The notes beneath the pieces are model-generated. The model had not been told where the DNA came from and did no database searches. It saw only the letters and a program-made list of their open reading frames with translations. Made by a program: the position numbers and the translations under genes. Below are positions 18,392 through 27,687 of a DNA stretch of 64,000 nt, in pieces. The DNA is from Planctomycetota bacterium (GTDB taxonomy: Bacteria > Planctomycetota > UBA8108 > UBA1146). The stretch is from NCBI GenBank assembly GCA_018694835.1, contig JABHOG010000015.1, positions 108,192-172,191 on the forward strand. The letters run 5' to 3'. Every line of letters begins with the position of its first letter. Positions within the stretch are counted from its first letter, which is position 1.

Positions 18392-20860
18392 ATGCTCCAG
18401 TGGCCTGTTGCGACCCCCAGTACCCGACAATATGACTCAGCCCATCCATCGAGACTGCTGCTACCGAGCCTGATTCTCTCGCTACTGCTACTGCTGCCGA
18501 TGCCACAACTGGAGGGGCAAATCTCCGGAATTGTCATCGATGGGAGTACTCAGAACCCGATCCCCGGAGCATTGGTGACCTGGCAAGCGACATTGCAACA
18601 TACCGTCGCTGCTGCCGATGGAACCTTCAACCTCGATGGCGTCAACGGCACCTTGCTGGTGATCGCCGGTGCCAGCCAGGGCTACTACAACTCGAGCATC
18701 ATCGTCAGTACCCCGGCCAACTCGGTGCAGATCGAACTGGATCCAGTACCGGCCTCTGACGACCCCACTTACTCCTTCGTCATTCCTGACCAGTGCTCGG
18801 TATGTCATCCAGATCAATTCACTCAGTGGGAACCGTCCCGGATGGCGATGACCGGTCTCAACAGTTGGGTCTACGACCTGTTCGACGGCAGCGGGTCTGC
18901 CGGCGGCAGCGGTGGATTTGTCTACTCCCGTGATTCCGCTCATGCCTCTGCCGATCCCTCGGGACACTGCGCCTCTTGCCATCAACCGGAAGGGTGGATC
19001 GCCAATCCGATGCAACCGCTCGATCCGCTGTCAGGTCCCCTGACTGATCCCCAGCGGCGGGGCGTCTCCTGTGAGACGTGTCACAAGATCGCAGATGTGA
19101 ATGAGAGCCAGATCAATGCGACCGGCTTCGTCCCCGGTGCAGTGACCGTCACCCGCCCCGATACCAGTGGCCTGATCGAGCAGGTGATGTACGGGATGCT
19201 CGGAGATGTCGATTTCAATCTGGTGAACCAGATGCGCGGTAGTTATCAGCCACAACTGGCTGCCGAAGCGTGCGCCGTGTGCCACCAGTACAACAACGAC
19301 CCGGACCACGACAATGACTTCAACGAGAGCAGCAGTGTCGCCGCCCAGGAGACCTATTCGGAGTGGAAGAACTCACCTTATGGTGATCCGCAGGACCCGC
19401 TGTTTGAGAGTTGCGTCGATTGCCACATGCCGCCCTTTTCCGATGTACCGGTCGAGGCGTGCGCTGCGATGTTCCCTCCACTGCTGAGAGATCCCAGCAC
19501 CGTTCATTCCCATGACATCCAGGGGACCTCTGCCCAGTTCCTCGAGAATTCTGTGACGATGACTCTGGCAGCGCAACAGGTGGGAGACTCCCTGGTGGTC
19601 GATGTACAGATCGTCAATGATCAGGCGGGTCACTCGGTTCCGACCGGAGTCACCCTGCGCAACATGATTCTCAAGATCGAAGCGACCGGACCAGGAAATC
19701 AATCGTTGTCCCAGACCGCTGGCGACACCATCGATCCCCTTGGAGGGGTCGGAGATCCCGCCACGGGTCACTTCGCAGATCTTCCCGGCAAGTTGTTTGC
19801 CAAGGTCAATCAGGACATCGCAGGGAACTCGGGGGTGCTCTTCACCGAAGCGACCTCGATCCTCCTCGACACTCGCATCGCCGCTCTGGCCACCGACAAC
19901 ACCAGTGTTACCTTTGACATCAGTGGCATCGATGGCGAAGTGAATCTCGCGGCTCGTTTGATTTACCGACGTGCATCGCGGGCCATGGTCGATGCCAAGG
20001 GCTGGAGCACCGATGGTCTGGGGCAGCCTCTTGCCGATGCTCAGGCACCCCACTTCGGTCATCTGATGGAGTCGAGCGATCTGATCGTACCGGTCACTTC
20101 ATCCACACCACCCTTCCTCTTCCAGATCCCTGCGCTGGTGATCGGTAGCCAAGGTGAGGCAGAGTTTCAAATTCACCAGGTTTCAGGAGCTGCCATCGAC
20201 TGTGGAGCGTTTGCCGTCGGTGTTCGCAATGATCCGACCTGGCTCACTCCCAACCAGGTGACAGGATCTGCGACCTTGACCGATCTCGATGGCGGTGCCG
20301 GACCGGAGTTCTTCGAGATCAGTCTGTTCCCCGACGGCTGGACCGCAGCGGTGGTTTTTGACTTCCTGCTCATCGATACGCTGCAGTTTCCCCAGATCAC
20401 GACGCTGCTGACCACCACGTACACCGATCTGGGCATCGACCCTACGGCTCCGCCGAGCGGTGACATCTTGACCTTTGCCGACGACCTGGGAGTCCCGGGA
20501 GTCACCAACCTGGTCTCCTCTGCCGGAGGGCAGGCGTACTTTCCAGCCTTCGCTGCTGCGCCCGAAATCATCTTCAATGACAATCCCGCCTTCAGTCGTG
20601 GCGATTGCAACGGCGATGGCCTGATCGACATCGGAGATCCGATCTTCACCCTCGGATTCCTCTTCAACTCGGTCGGCTCCATCCCCTGTGACTCCAGTTG
20701 TGATGCCAATGATGATGCGCTGATCGATATTGCCGACCCGGTGCGGGTACTGTCATTCCTCTTCTCCGGAGCCATACCGCTGCCGCAACCCACCTATCCA
20801 ATCTGCGCCGAAGACCCGACGCCCGATATCCTCGAGTGCACCACCGACGTCTGCCCCTGA
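18392..20860 (+). CDS. Secreted multiheme cytochrome c (5 CxxCH) with N-terminal CarboxypepD_reg-like domain and C-terminal dockerin-like repeats
   Basis: Five CxxCH motifs: CSVCH, CASCH, CETCH, CAVCH and CVDCH. N-terminal GQISGIVIDGSTQNPIPGALV...DGTFNLDG. C-terminal GDCNGDGLIDIGDP and CDANDDALIDIADP (DxNxDGxIDxxD-type Ca loops). Signal-like RLLLPSLILSLLLLLP. The start is uncertain (18305 in the track; ATG at 18392 preferred). Confidence 0.8.
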   Translation: MLQWPVATPSTRQYDSAHPSRLLLPSLILSLLLLLPMPQLEGQISGIVIDGSTQNPIPGALVTWQATLQHTVAAADGTFNLDGVNGTLLVIAGASQGYYNSSIIVSTPANSVQIELDPVPASDDPTYSFVIPDQCSVCHPDQFTQWEPSRMAMTGLNSWVYDLFDGSGSAGGSGGFVYSRDSAHASADPSGHCASCHQPEGWIANPMQPLDPLSGPLTDPQRRGVSCETCHKIADVNESQINATGFVPGAVTVTRPDTSGLIEQVMYGMLGDVDFNLVNQMRGSYQPQLAAEACAVCHQYNNDPDHDNDFNESSSVAAQETYSEWKNSPYGDPQDPLFESCVDCHMPPFSDVPVEACAAMFPPLLRDPSTVHSHDIQGTSAQFLENSVTMTLAAQQVGDSLVVDVQIVNDQAGHSVPTGVTLRNMILKIEATGPGNQSLSQTAGDTIDPLGGVGDPATGHFADLPGKLFAKVNQDIAGNSGVLFTEATSILLDTRIAALATDNTSVTFDISGIDGEVNLAARLIYRRASRAMVDAKGWSTDGLGQPLADAQAPHFGHLMESSDLIVPVTSSTPPFLFQIPALVIGSQGEAEFQIHQVSGAAIDCGAFAVGVRNDPTWLTPNQVTGSATLTDLDGGAGPEFFEISLFPDGWTAAVVFDFLLIDTLQFPQITTLLTTTYTDLGIDPTAPPSGDILTFADDLGVPGVTNLVSSAGGQAYFPAFAAAPEIIFNDNPAFSRGDCNGDGLIDIGDPIFTLGFLFNSVGSIPCDSSCDANDDALIDIADPVRVLSFLFSGAIPLPQPTYPICAEDPTPDILECTTDVCP

Positions 20861-20865
20861 TCCGA

Positions 20866-21843
20866 TCAAGATTCGCTATCGGATCGATCGAATGCCCCCC
20901 CGGACCAGGCCCGCAACAAGCGGATCGGACTCCAACCGGTCACCTCATGTAGACGGCACAGATCATCACCGTGTAGTTTTCGCTCTCGCTCCAGTCGACG
21001 CTGGTCCGCCGACAGCCCCTTGTGAGCGGTGCCCTCAATTCCGGCACGACAGCCGGCCACTCCGAGGCCAGCGCACACCTCGATGATGTCGCGGGCACAG
21101 ATCACCAGGTGGGCCCCGTCGCGAATCAGCAGATGGCACCCCTGATGGCTGTCGGATTCCACCGGACCCGGTACTGCACAAACTTCACACCCCTGGTCGA
21201 GTGCATGTCGAGCAGTGCCCATCGAACCCGATCGAAGAGTCGCTTCGACCACCACCACTGCCACGCTACAGCCACTGATCAGCCGATTTCTGTGAGGGAA
21301 ATGATGGGGCCGAGGGGCAGCACCGGGAGGATATTCACTGATCAGGGCTCCTCCACACTGAACAATTCTTCGAGCGAGCGGTCGGTTTTTGGCGGGATAG
21401 ATCGCCGGTAGTCCGTTTCCCAGCAGGGCCATCGGAGGTGCAGGCACGAATGACGGAGCCTGCGATGGCGTCAAATTCTGCACCGCCGATCGCTTTCCCT
21501 CCTCACATCCGAGCACCGCTCCCTCGAGAGCCGCCGCATCGATACCGAGTGCCAGACCACTGACCACCCGGAAACCGCTCCTCGACAGTTCAGCGGCGAC
21601 TTGGAAGGCCCATCGAAGTCCTGCGACAGAGGCTTTTCGACTACCGACGATGGCGATGATCGGTGGGCCCACCGGTTTGTTGCCGCAGATCCATAGTTCC
21701 TGTGGAGGGCGATCGATCCAGCGCAATGGCTCGGGCCACTGGTGGCAGTTGGGAATCCACCGCCGGGGATCTTCCACCGTCGAGGAAGATCCAACAGTGC
21801 TTTCGCCCCTTCTCTCTGGTCGAAGTGAATCTGGGTGCTCCAT
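20866..21843 (-). CDS. dprA: DNA-processing protein DprA (Smf)
   Basis: ...VSGLALGIDAAALEGA... and ...HFPHRNRLISGCSVAVVVVEATLRSGSMGTARHALDQGCEVCAVPG... match the DprA Rossmann core. Confidence 0.85.
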   Translation of the reverse strand: MEHPDSLRPERRGESTVGSSSTVEDPRRWIPNCHQWPEPLRWIDRPPQELWICGNKPVGPPIIAIVGSRKASVAGLRWAFQVAAELSRSGFRVVSGLALGIDAAALEGAVLGCEEGKRSAVQNLTPSQAPSFVPAPPMALLGNGLPAIYPAKNRPLARRIVQCGGALISEYPPGAAPRPHHFPHRNRLISGCSVAVVVVEATLRSGSMGTARHALDQGCEVCAVPGPVESDSHQGCHLLIRDGAHLVICARDIIEVCAGLGVAGCRAGIEGTAHKGLSADQRRLERERKLHGDDLCRLHEVTGWSPIRLLRAWSGGAFDRSDSES

Positions 21844-22125
21844 CGATCCTCCTTCCGGTCCTCCTCCCCGACAAGATGACTTGGGCGATCATTGCTTCCA
21901 CCTCGGGGTTGAGCACAGTGCCCGGATTCGGGGCAACTGTTCATCGGTTCATTTCACCGCACTATTCTGACTCAATCGAGCCACGGCAAACCACGGGACA
22001 TATCCGTAAGTGCAAGTAATGGATCAACTTAAATAGTTTCTGAATCTATTGGCACTGTCATTGCAACCTACCCAGTGCGCCACCGGGCGACTGACCGTAA
22101 GAACGAAACCAGTACGGAGAATCGA

Positions 22126-22659
22126 ATGCAAAAGTCCACCGATCGTGAATACAAAAGCAGTTCCTTCCAAACCACCAAGCAGTGGGTTCATTTCAATCTG
22201 CAACACGATCTTCAAAACTGTCGTGGCTGTCGTCAGAGTGCCCGGCGGAGATTGCATGACGATGTGGATTCTTCACGCTGGTTCTGCAGCGATTGCCACG
22301 CCGGACGCTCCACTCCACTCTCGGTGCACCCGATGATTCGAGCATTGCTCGATGGTGAATCGGTGCCGAGAGTTCGATGTGAACGGAGCGGAGCGCGAAT
22401 TCACTGGAACGAGGCGTGGATTTCTAACGACTGCCAGCACGTATTCCGTCGCGAAGAGATGAAGCGAGACCAGGCGTTGCAGTCGATCGAACGCGCCCTC
22501 CAGTTGCTGGATAGCTCCTATCGTGGCCCGGATGCTCCTCGCAAGATCGACTCGCTGGTCCCCGATGTGGATCGACCCTGGGGCCCCAGAAAAACGGTCC
22601 CGATGGCGGCGGAGGCGGTCCAGATGACCGAATCCCCGCACGATAGCACGATGCTTTAA
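22126..22659 (+). CDS. Hypothetical protein with CxxC...CxxC zinc-ribbon-like motif
   Basis: ATG at 22126 preceded by GGAGA (5-nt spacer). Contains CRGCRQSARRRLHDDVDSSRWFCSDCH. I recognise no family. Confidence 0.45.
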   Translation: MQKSTDREYKSSSFQTTKQWVHFNLQHDLQNCRGCRQSARRRLHDDVDSSRWFCSDCHAGRSTPLSVHPMIRALLDGESVPRVRCERSGARIHWNEAWISNDCQHVFRREEMKRDQALQSIERALQLLDSSYRGPDAPRKIDSLVPDVDRPWGPRKTVPMAAEAVQMTESPHDSTML

Positions 22660-22781
22660 CCCCTCTTTTTGTAACCTCCGGAGGCACAGAATCGCAAGAT
22701 CTCGTGCCTCCGGAGCACACTTAGTGTATCCTCTCGCCGGGCGTTGCCGCCGCCCTGACAGTCCGTGAAAGGATCTCCTTC

Positions 22782-23204
22782 ATGGTTCGTGCTTCCCGGG
22801 TGGCTCCTTGCCTATTTGTCATGGCACTGATGTCGACCTTGATCCCGACCTTGCTCTCGGTAGGATTCGGTGCCCATCATACCTCCCATATCGATCAGTT
22901 ATTTCGCGACTTCGAACGTCAACCTCTGGATCATCCGGGACGAATCGCATTGAGAGCACTTCGCAATCGGTTCCGCGAGGAATCGATACTCCACCCCCCA
23001 GCCACCGAGTTGGAACAGTTGCAGAGGATCGATGCAGTGCTCCTATGCGCAGCCGGACTGGTCGATGACCGTCAGTACTTTGAGGTCACCGGGAGCAGCA
23101 AATCGCCACTACAACAATTACGATATGAATTGAGACAGATGCATCGAGAGACTCACCGGTTGAAGTTGCTCTCTTTCGACCGCCAGCGACGGAACACCCC
23201 TTGA
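22782..23204 (+). CDS. Hypothetical secreted protein
   Basis: 140 aa with signal-like N-terminus MVRASRVAPCLFVMALMSTLIPTLLSVGFGA. Its stop overlaps the next ORF start (TTGA). Confidence 0.5.
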   Translation: MVRASRVAPCLFVMALMSTLIPTLLSVGFGAHHTSHIDQLFRDFERQPLDHPGRIALRALRNRFREESILHPPATELEQLQRIDAVLLCAAGLVDDRQYFEVTGSSKSPLQQLRYELRQMHRETHRLKLLSFDRQRRNTP

Positions 23205-23830
23205 TCAGCAGATCCAACGTCCGACTCCGCGGACTCCATGGAGCGTGGTCGTTGGCGCTGCTCTTGGGCTTGCCATGGTTGATGGCCAGCGGCTGTGAAG
23301 GAACAGCGACTTCTCGGCGAGGAGATCGGGGAATCAACACAACCGTCTCACACCAGGAACAAACACTCTGGAGCCCGACCCTTTTCTGGAGTGGAATCCG
23401 ATTCCGATTCGAATTGATCCCCGGGCAGGAGAACCTGAAGCCGCAGTTTCTTCATGATGGACCACGAGATATCCTCCGCATCGGTGATCGACAGATCACC
23501 CTGGTCCGCACTCGATTCAAGGTCGGAGAGACCTTCTACAACTGGCCCGAAGATAGTGTCATCTGGATCTACCGGGTGGCGAATCGACAGCGCCCCTTTT
23601 TCCGCCGGCAGGGTTCCTTGCAACTGACCTGGATTGGCGATGGCAAGAATCCTGTAGTAGAAGAACAGCAAGGGGATGGCACCATCGTGTGGACCCTGGC
23701 GGATGCTCGAGTGACTCGAGACCCCCAGGGAACGGTCCTCTACCAGGGACGAGGTCCAGACCTGAGGAAGAGTGGTCCGTGGAACCTGTTGCTCGATTCC
23801 CGTGGTGAGAGGGTCCAGGACTCACGATGA
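23201..23830 (+). CDS. Hypothetical lipoprotein
   Basis: 209 aa. Signal peptide with a lipobox-like ...LGLPWLMASGC. The stop overlaps the rlmN start as ATGA. Confidence 0.55.
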   Translation: MISRSNVRLRGLHGAWSLALLLGLPWLMASGCEGTATSRRGDRGINTTVSHQEQTLWSPTLFWSGIRFRFELIPGQENLKPQFLHDGPRDILRIGDRQITLVRTRFKVGETFYNWPEDSVIWIYRVANRQRPFFRRQGSLQLTWIGDGKNPVVEEQQGDGTIVWTLADARVTRDPQGTVLYQGRGPDLRKSGPWNLLLDSRGERVQDSR

Positions 23831-24942
23831 AACCCCAGGAACCGCAGACAGATCACCCCTTCGACCATCCTCCCGACCAGTTGGATTCGCGTCTCGAACA
23901 GTGGTGCCAGGAACAGCAGCAGCCAAAATTCCGCGCCAAGCAAGTGCGTCAGCATCTGATTGATCAGCGCATCTACGATCCATTGGAGATGACCTCGCTG
24001 CCGGCAGAATTGCGCCAAGGACTGGCAGAAGGCATCCTCAGTTCTCCACTGGTTGTCGCCGATCAGCTCAATTCCACCGATGGGACCATCAAATTCCGTT
24101 TCATGCTGACAGACGGTCTCTCCATCGAGTCGGTCTGGATTCCAACCGACGATCGTGGAACCCTCTGCCTCTCCAGCCAGGTCGGTTGTGCTGCCGGTTG
24201 TACCTTCTGTGCCACCGGAACGATGAAACTGACCCGCAACCTGCATCCGAGGGAGATTGTCGCCCAGTGGCTGGCAGTGCACGCCACCACCGTGGCTCAA
24301 GGACTTTGTGGTGTCACCCAGGTAGTCTTCATGGGGATGGGCGAACCACTCCACAACTATCCTGCAGTCTCCAGAGCGATCGATTGGTTTTCATCTGCAC
24401 AGGGCTTTCAGTTCAGCCCCCGCAGGATCACCGTTTCGACCGTCGGAATCGTTCCCAAGATCGAGCAACTGGTCCACGACCATCCACAGGTAAGGCTCGC
24501 GGTCAGCCTTCACAGCGCAATCACCGAGACTCGTAACAGCATCGTTCCGATCAATCAACACCACTCCATCGAGGATCTGTCCGAGGTGCTGGTGAAGATC
24601 CGTGATGGCTCTCGAAGAATCAGCATCGAATACGTGGTTCTTCCTGGAATCAATGATGGTCCGGATCAGGCGAAAGCGCTGGCTCGATTCGCAGGAAAGT
24701 GCGGCGCACACATCAACCTGTTACCGTTTCACCCCTACGAAGGTGCGCTTTATGCAGCCGCGGGAGCGGCCGAGGTGGGTCAGTTCCTTTCACTGGTGCA
24801 GAAGCAATACGAGGGTTCTGTCACCGCGCGACGCAGCCGTGGGCTCGACATCGATGGAGCGTGCGGTCAGTTAGTCCTGAACAATCTCAAGAAACCCGCC
24901 ACCACGGATGGAACCGAACCGGGTGCATCCAAAAAGAGGTGA
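23827..24942 (+). CDS. rlmN: 23S rRNA/tRNA adenine-C2 methyltransferase RlmN (radical SAM)
   Basis: Radical-SAM cluster CAAGCTFCATG, followed by ...NVVFMGMGEPLHNY-like (VVFMGMGEPLHNY) and ...INLLPFHP... motifs typical of RlmN/Cfr. Confidence 0.9.
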   Translation: MKPQEPQTDHPFDHPPDQLDSRLEQWCQEQQQPKFRAKQVRQHLIDQRIYDPLEMTSLPAELRQGLAEGILSSPLVVADQLNSTDGTIKFRFMLTDGLSIESVWIPTDDRGTLCLSSQVGCAAGCTFCATGTMKLTRNLHPREIVAQWLAVHATTVAQGLCGVTQVVFMGMGEPLHNYPAVSRAIDWFSSAQGFQFSPRRITVSTVGIVPKIEQLVHDHPQVRLAVSLHSAITETRNSIVPINQHHSIEDLSEVLVKIRDGSRRISIEYVVLPGINDGPDQAKALARFAGKCGAHINLLPFHPYEGALYAAAGAAEVGQFLSLVQKQYEGSVTARRSRGLDIDGACGQLVLNNLKKPATTDGTEPGASKKR

Positions 24943-24993
24943 GACCCCGACTCGCAGGATCTCACCTCTGTATCACGATTTCATCGGTAGTGG

Positions 24994-26154
24994 CTAGCGC
25001 CCATCCACGACTGGATCTGGAGCGGGAACCGGCGCCGGTTTTGGCGCTGGTTTTGGCTTGGGCTTCTCCCACACGGGCTTTTTCGGTTTCGGCTTTGGCT
25101 TCTCCCAGACCGGTTTCTTGTCGCTATCCTTGGGGGTGGCTTCCTTGGCTCCCTCCAGTTCCTTGGCACGCTCCGCTTCTCGCTCACGGCGTACTTCATC
25201 GAAGGAGCGACCCTCTGGACGTCCAAACTTGGTCGAGGAAACCCCCGCATTGAGTGCGATCTCGTCATAGTTCTGTTCGAGACTCAGTTCTCCGTCCTCA
25301 AAGATCTTCTTGGTGGTCGGAACCTTGACCCAGCGATTGCGATCGTCACTGAATCGGATTCGGGTGTATTCACTGTAGAATACCTCCTTCTTGACCACCG
25401 CAGGAGCTTGCCCCTCGCTCCATGTCTTGCTCAGAAGCAATCCGTCATCGATGGAGAAGGCATAGTTCAGCACCTGGTTACCCGCGAACGCCTTCAACTC
25501 GACGATCTTGCACGGTGTACCGAGAATATCTCCGTCATCCTTGAGGCTCGCGATGTAGCCATTCTCGGCGAAGGAGATGAAGAAATCGTCGATATGCTTG
25601 TCCCACACGAACACGATGAGGGTCTTGCCGGCCAGGGGCGAAACCGCACCCATCGCCTTGACCCAGGCTTTCTCACCGTCGTATACCTGAACAAAGGTGA
25701 GAGGCTCGTTGTTCTTGGTCAGACCGAGACCCGGTAGCTGCCACTCTTCACGAATCATCAAGACGCCATCACCGGTGCGCTTGAGGAATCGTGCCATCTT
25801 CATGACGGTCTCGTTGGTCGGGTCGATCTTCTTGTTCTTGAATATCTCGACTCGATCACTGATCGAGAGCAAGGTCTCGCGTCCCCCGACCGCATCGAGG
25901 TATTTCTGAATTACCTCGAGAGCCGCGGGTTCGCTGGCAGGAATGCCTACCTCTCCGCCGAGAATGTCGTCTTCATCTACGATCGGCTTGGTTTCCTTCG
26001 CCTCTTGAGATGGTTCCTCTGCTGGGGGCGGATCTTGAATTGAAGTCAATGCCTGAGCGGGATCAGTGAAGGTCAACGTAGTGACCAGCAGCAATCCCAG
26101 CAATAACATGAGACCGGTCAGGTATTTCCCGGCGAGGATTCCATGATTCATCAA
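24994..26154 (-). CDS. Secreted hypothetical protein with Lys/Pro-rich repeat tail
   Basis: 386 aa. Signal peptide MMNHGILAGKYLTGLMLLLGLLLVTTLTFTDPAQA. C-terminus KKPVWEKPKPKP x2 followed by APKPAPVPAPDP. Confidence 0.7.
   Translation of the reverse strand: MMNHGILAGKYLTGLMLLLGLLLVTTLTFTDPAQALTSIQDPPPAEEPSQEAKETKPIVDEDDILGGEVGIPASEPAALEVIQKYLDAVGGRETLLSISDRVEIFKNKKIDPTNETVMKMARFLKRTGDGVLMIREEWQLPGLGLTKNNEPLTFVQVYDGEKAWVKAMGAVSPLAGKTLIVFVWDKHIDDFFISFAENGYIASLKDDGDILGTPCKIVELKAFAGNQVLNYAFSIDDGLLLSKTWSEGQAPAVVKKEVFYSEYTRIRFSDDRNRWVKVPTTKKIFEDGELSLEQNYDEIALNAGVSSTKFGRPEGRSFDEVRREREAERAKELEGAKEATPKDSDKKPVWEKPKPKPKKPVWEKPKPKPAPKPAPVPAPDPVVDGR
25049..25120 (-). repeat. 36-nt imperfect tandem duplication encoding KKPVWEKPKPKP x2
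   Basis: ggttttggcttgggcttctcccacacgggcttttt versus ggtttcggctttggcttctcccagaccggtttctt, 36 nt apart. Confidence 0.85.
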
Positions 26155-26323
26155 AAGTGGTCCTTCCTGGCTGTCGGACAGCGGAACTGCTCGACCTCGA
26201 GTCGGTGTTCGGTCCTGCAGTGCCCGCTTTGCGGATCAACAGGGGAGTGTTCGATTCAGAGTATCCCGTGATCCACGGATTTCGGAATCGAGCCTTCAAG
26301 GATACTCTCGATCGACCCTCGGG

Positions 26324-27625
26324 TCAAAACGACCCGGAGGCCCCATTCAGCACTTTATCGGGGCCACTGGAGGCGGGAACCGGCGTTACCGCAGGAGCCG
26401 GATCCATCAAGTGAGCGAATCCTTCCCGACGAAGCCACGAACGAACCGTCTGTAACGGTACGAACAGCCCCATGTGGGGAACCACCATCGGAGAGCGTTT
26501 GCCATAGGTGTAAATCATGCTGCTGATCCCTACCAGCTGGCCTTCTCCCGAGAGGAAGATCCCACCTCCCGAATTTCCGAAGAAAGTGGGAGCGCTGACC
26601 ATCCAGAAGATCTCATCGCCGACTGGCTTGTACTGGGAGGAGATCTCACCAAAGGTGGGGAGCGGTTGGTTTCCGAGGGGACAACCGACAGCATAGACGG
26701 TGTCAAAAACCGACAACTTCAAGCACACAGGCTCGCTGGCGGATTCTGCGACGAAGGGCCAGCGAGAGGTTCGATCGACTCTCACCAGGGATAGATCGGA
26801 GTCCTTGAGGGAAGCGATCTCCACTCCACGAAACACCTCACTGCCGAGACGCCCGATTTCTGGATCGAAGAAGCGAATCTCATTGACCACGACATCATCG
26901 AGAGCGAAGTCTCGGACCTCTTCGACGACATGGTAGGCGGTGACGATCCAGGTCGCCCAAAGGTTTTCATCGACCAGTTCACTGCTGACCACGACACCGC
27001 TGCCAACGGTGCCATTTCCTCTCAACTGGACGATCGGATAGATCATCCGCTCAACTTTTTTCTGCTGGCTAGAGGCGGCCACCGGGACCGGGGCTGGAAT
27101 CATCGATTCAATACGCGCCTCGATCCGTGAATCCAGGTCCTCGATGGTCTGACGGGTTCGATCGATTTCAGTGCCCACCCAGCGCTTCAATCCTGCGCTG
27201 GAATGGTTCATCTGCTCGAGGATTCTGTCCCGCTCCTCTTCCAATATCGCGCTGGTGTAGGGAACACTGCTGGCTCCCTCGCCGATGACACTCCACCGAT
27301 CGAATTTGACCACATCCAGAGGATCGGAGGCGGCGGTCTCGAGTGATGTCGTTGGGGAGAGATTTACATCCGGATCCTCTGCGGTGAAGGCTGCGTCGAG
27401 GAAGACGTCATGCCCCATCGCTTCGACCGGATCGATCTGACCGTCTCTACTGGCCGATAACCCCCAGAAAAAGGAGGTCGCAACGCAGATGATCAGAATG
27501 CCGCGTAATTGAGTGTGTAACTGCAACTTTCCCCCGTTCCAGCACGAGACCTTCTCGTCACTGTGTGGCCTACCGGACAGGCTGGCCGACAGAGGAGAAT
27601 ACGATGGGAAGGGAAGGTCGGGCAA
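26324..27625 (-). CDS. Membrane-anchored trypsin-like serine peptidase (S1 family)
   Basis: Candidate triad: His in VTAYHVV, Asp in LKDSDLSLVRV, Ser in FFGNSGGGIF. One N-terminal TM segment (GILIICVATSFFWGL). The exact start is uncertain. Confidence 0.75.
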   Translation of the reverse strand: MPDLPFPSYSPLSASLSGRPHSDEKVSCWNGGKLQLHTQLRGILIICVATSFFWGLSASRDGQIDPVEAMGHDVFLDAAFTAEDPDVNLSPTTSLETAASDPLDVVKFDRWSVIGEGASSVPYTSAILEEERDRILEQMNHSSAGLKRWVGTEIDRTRQTIEDLDSRIEARIESMIPAPVPVAASSQQKKVERMIYPIVQLRGNGTVGSGVVVSSELVDENLWATWIVTAYHVVEEVRDFALDDVVVNEIRFFDPEIGRLGSEVFRGVEIASLKDSDLSLVRVDRTSRWPFVAESASEPVCLKLSVFDTVYAVGCPLGNQPLPTFGEISSQYKPVGDEIFWMVSAPTFFGNSGGGIFLSGEGQLVGISSMIYTYGKRSPMVVPHMGLFVPLQTVRSWLRREGFAHLMDPAPAVTPVPASSGPDKVLNGASGSF

Positions 27626-27687
27626 AGTGACCGAGAGGCCCCAAGTACGGTATCGACTCTGAATAGGGCACAGCGGAGGCTGAGGTC

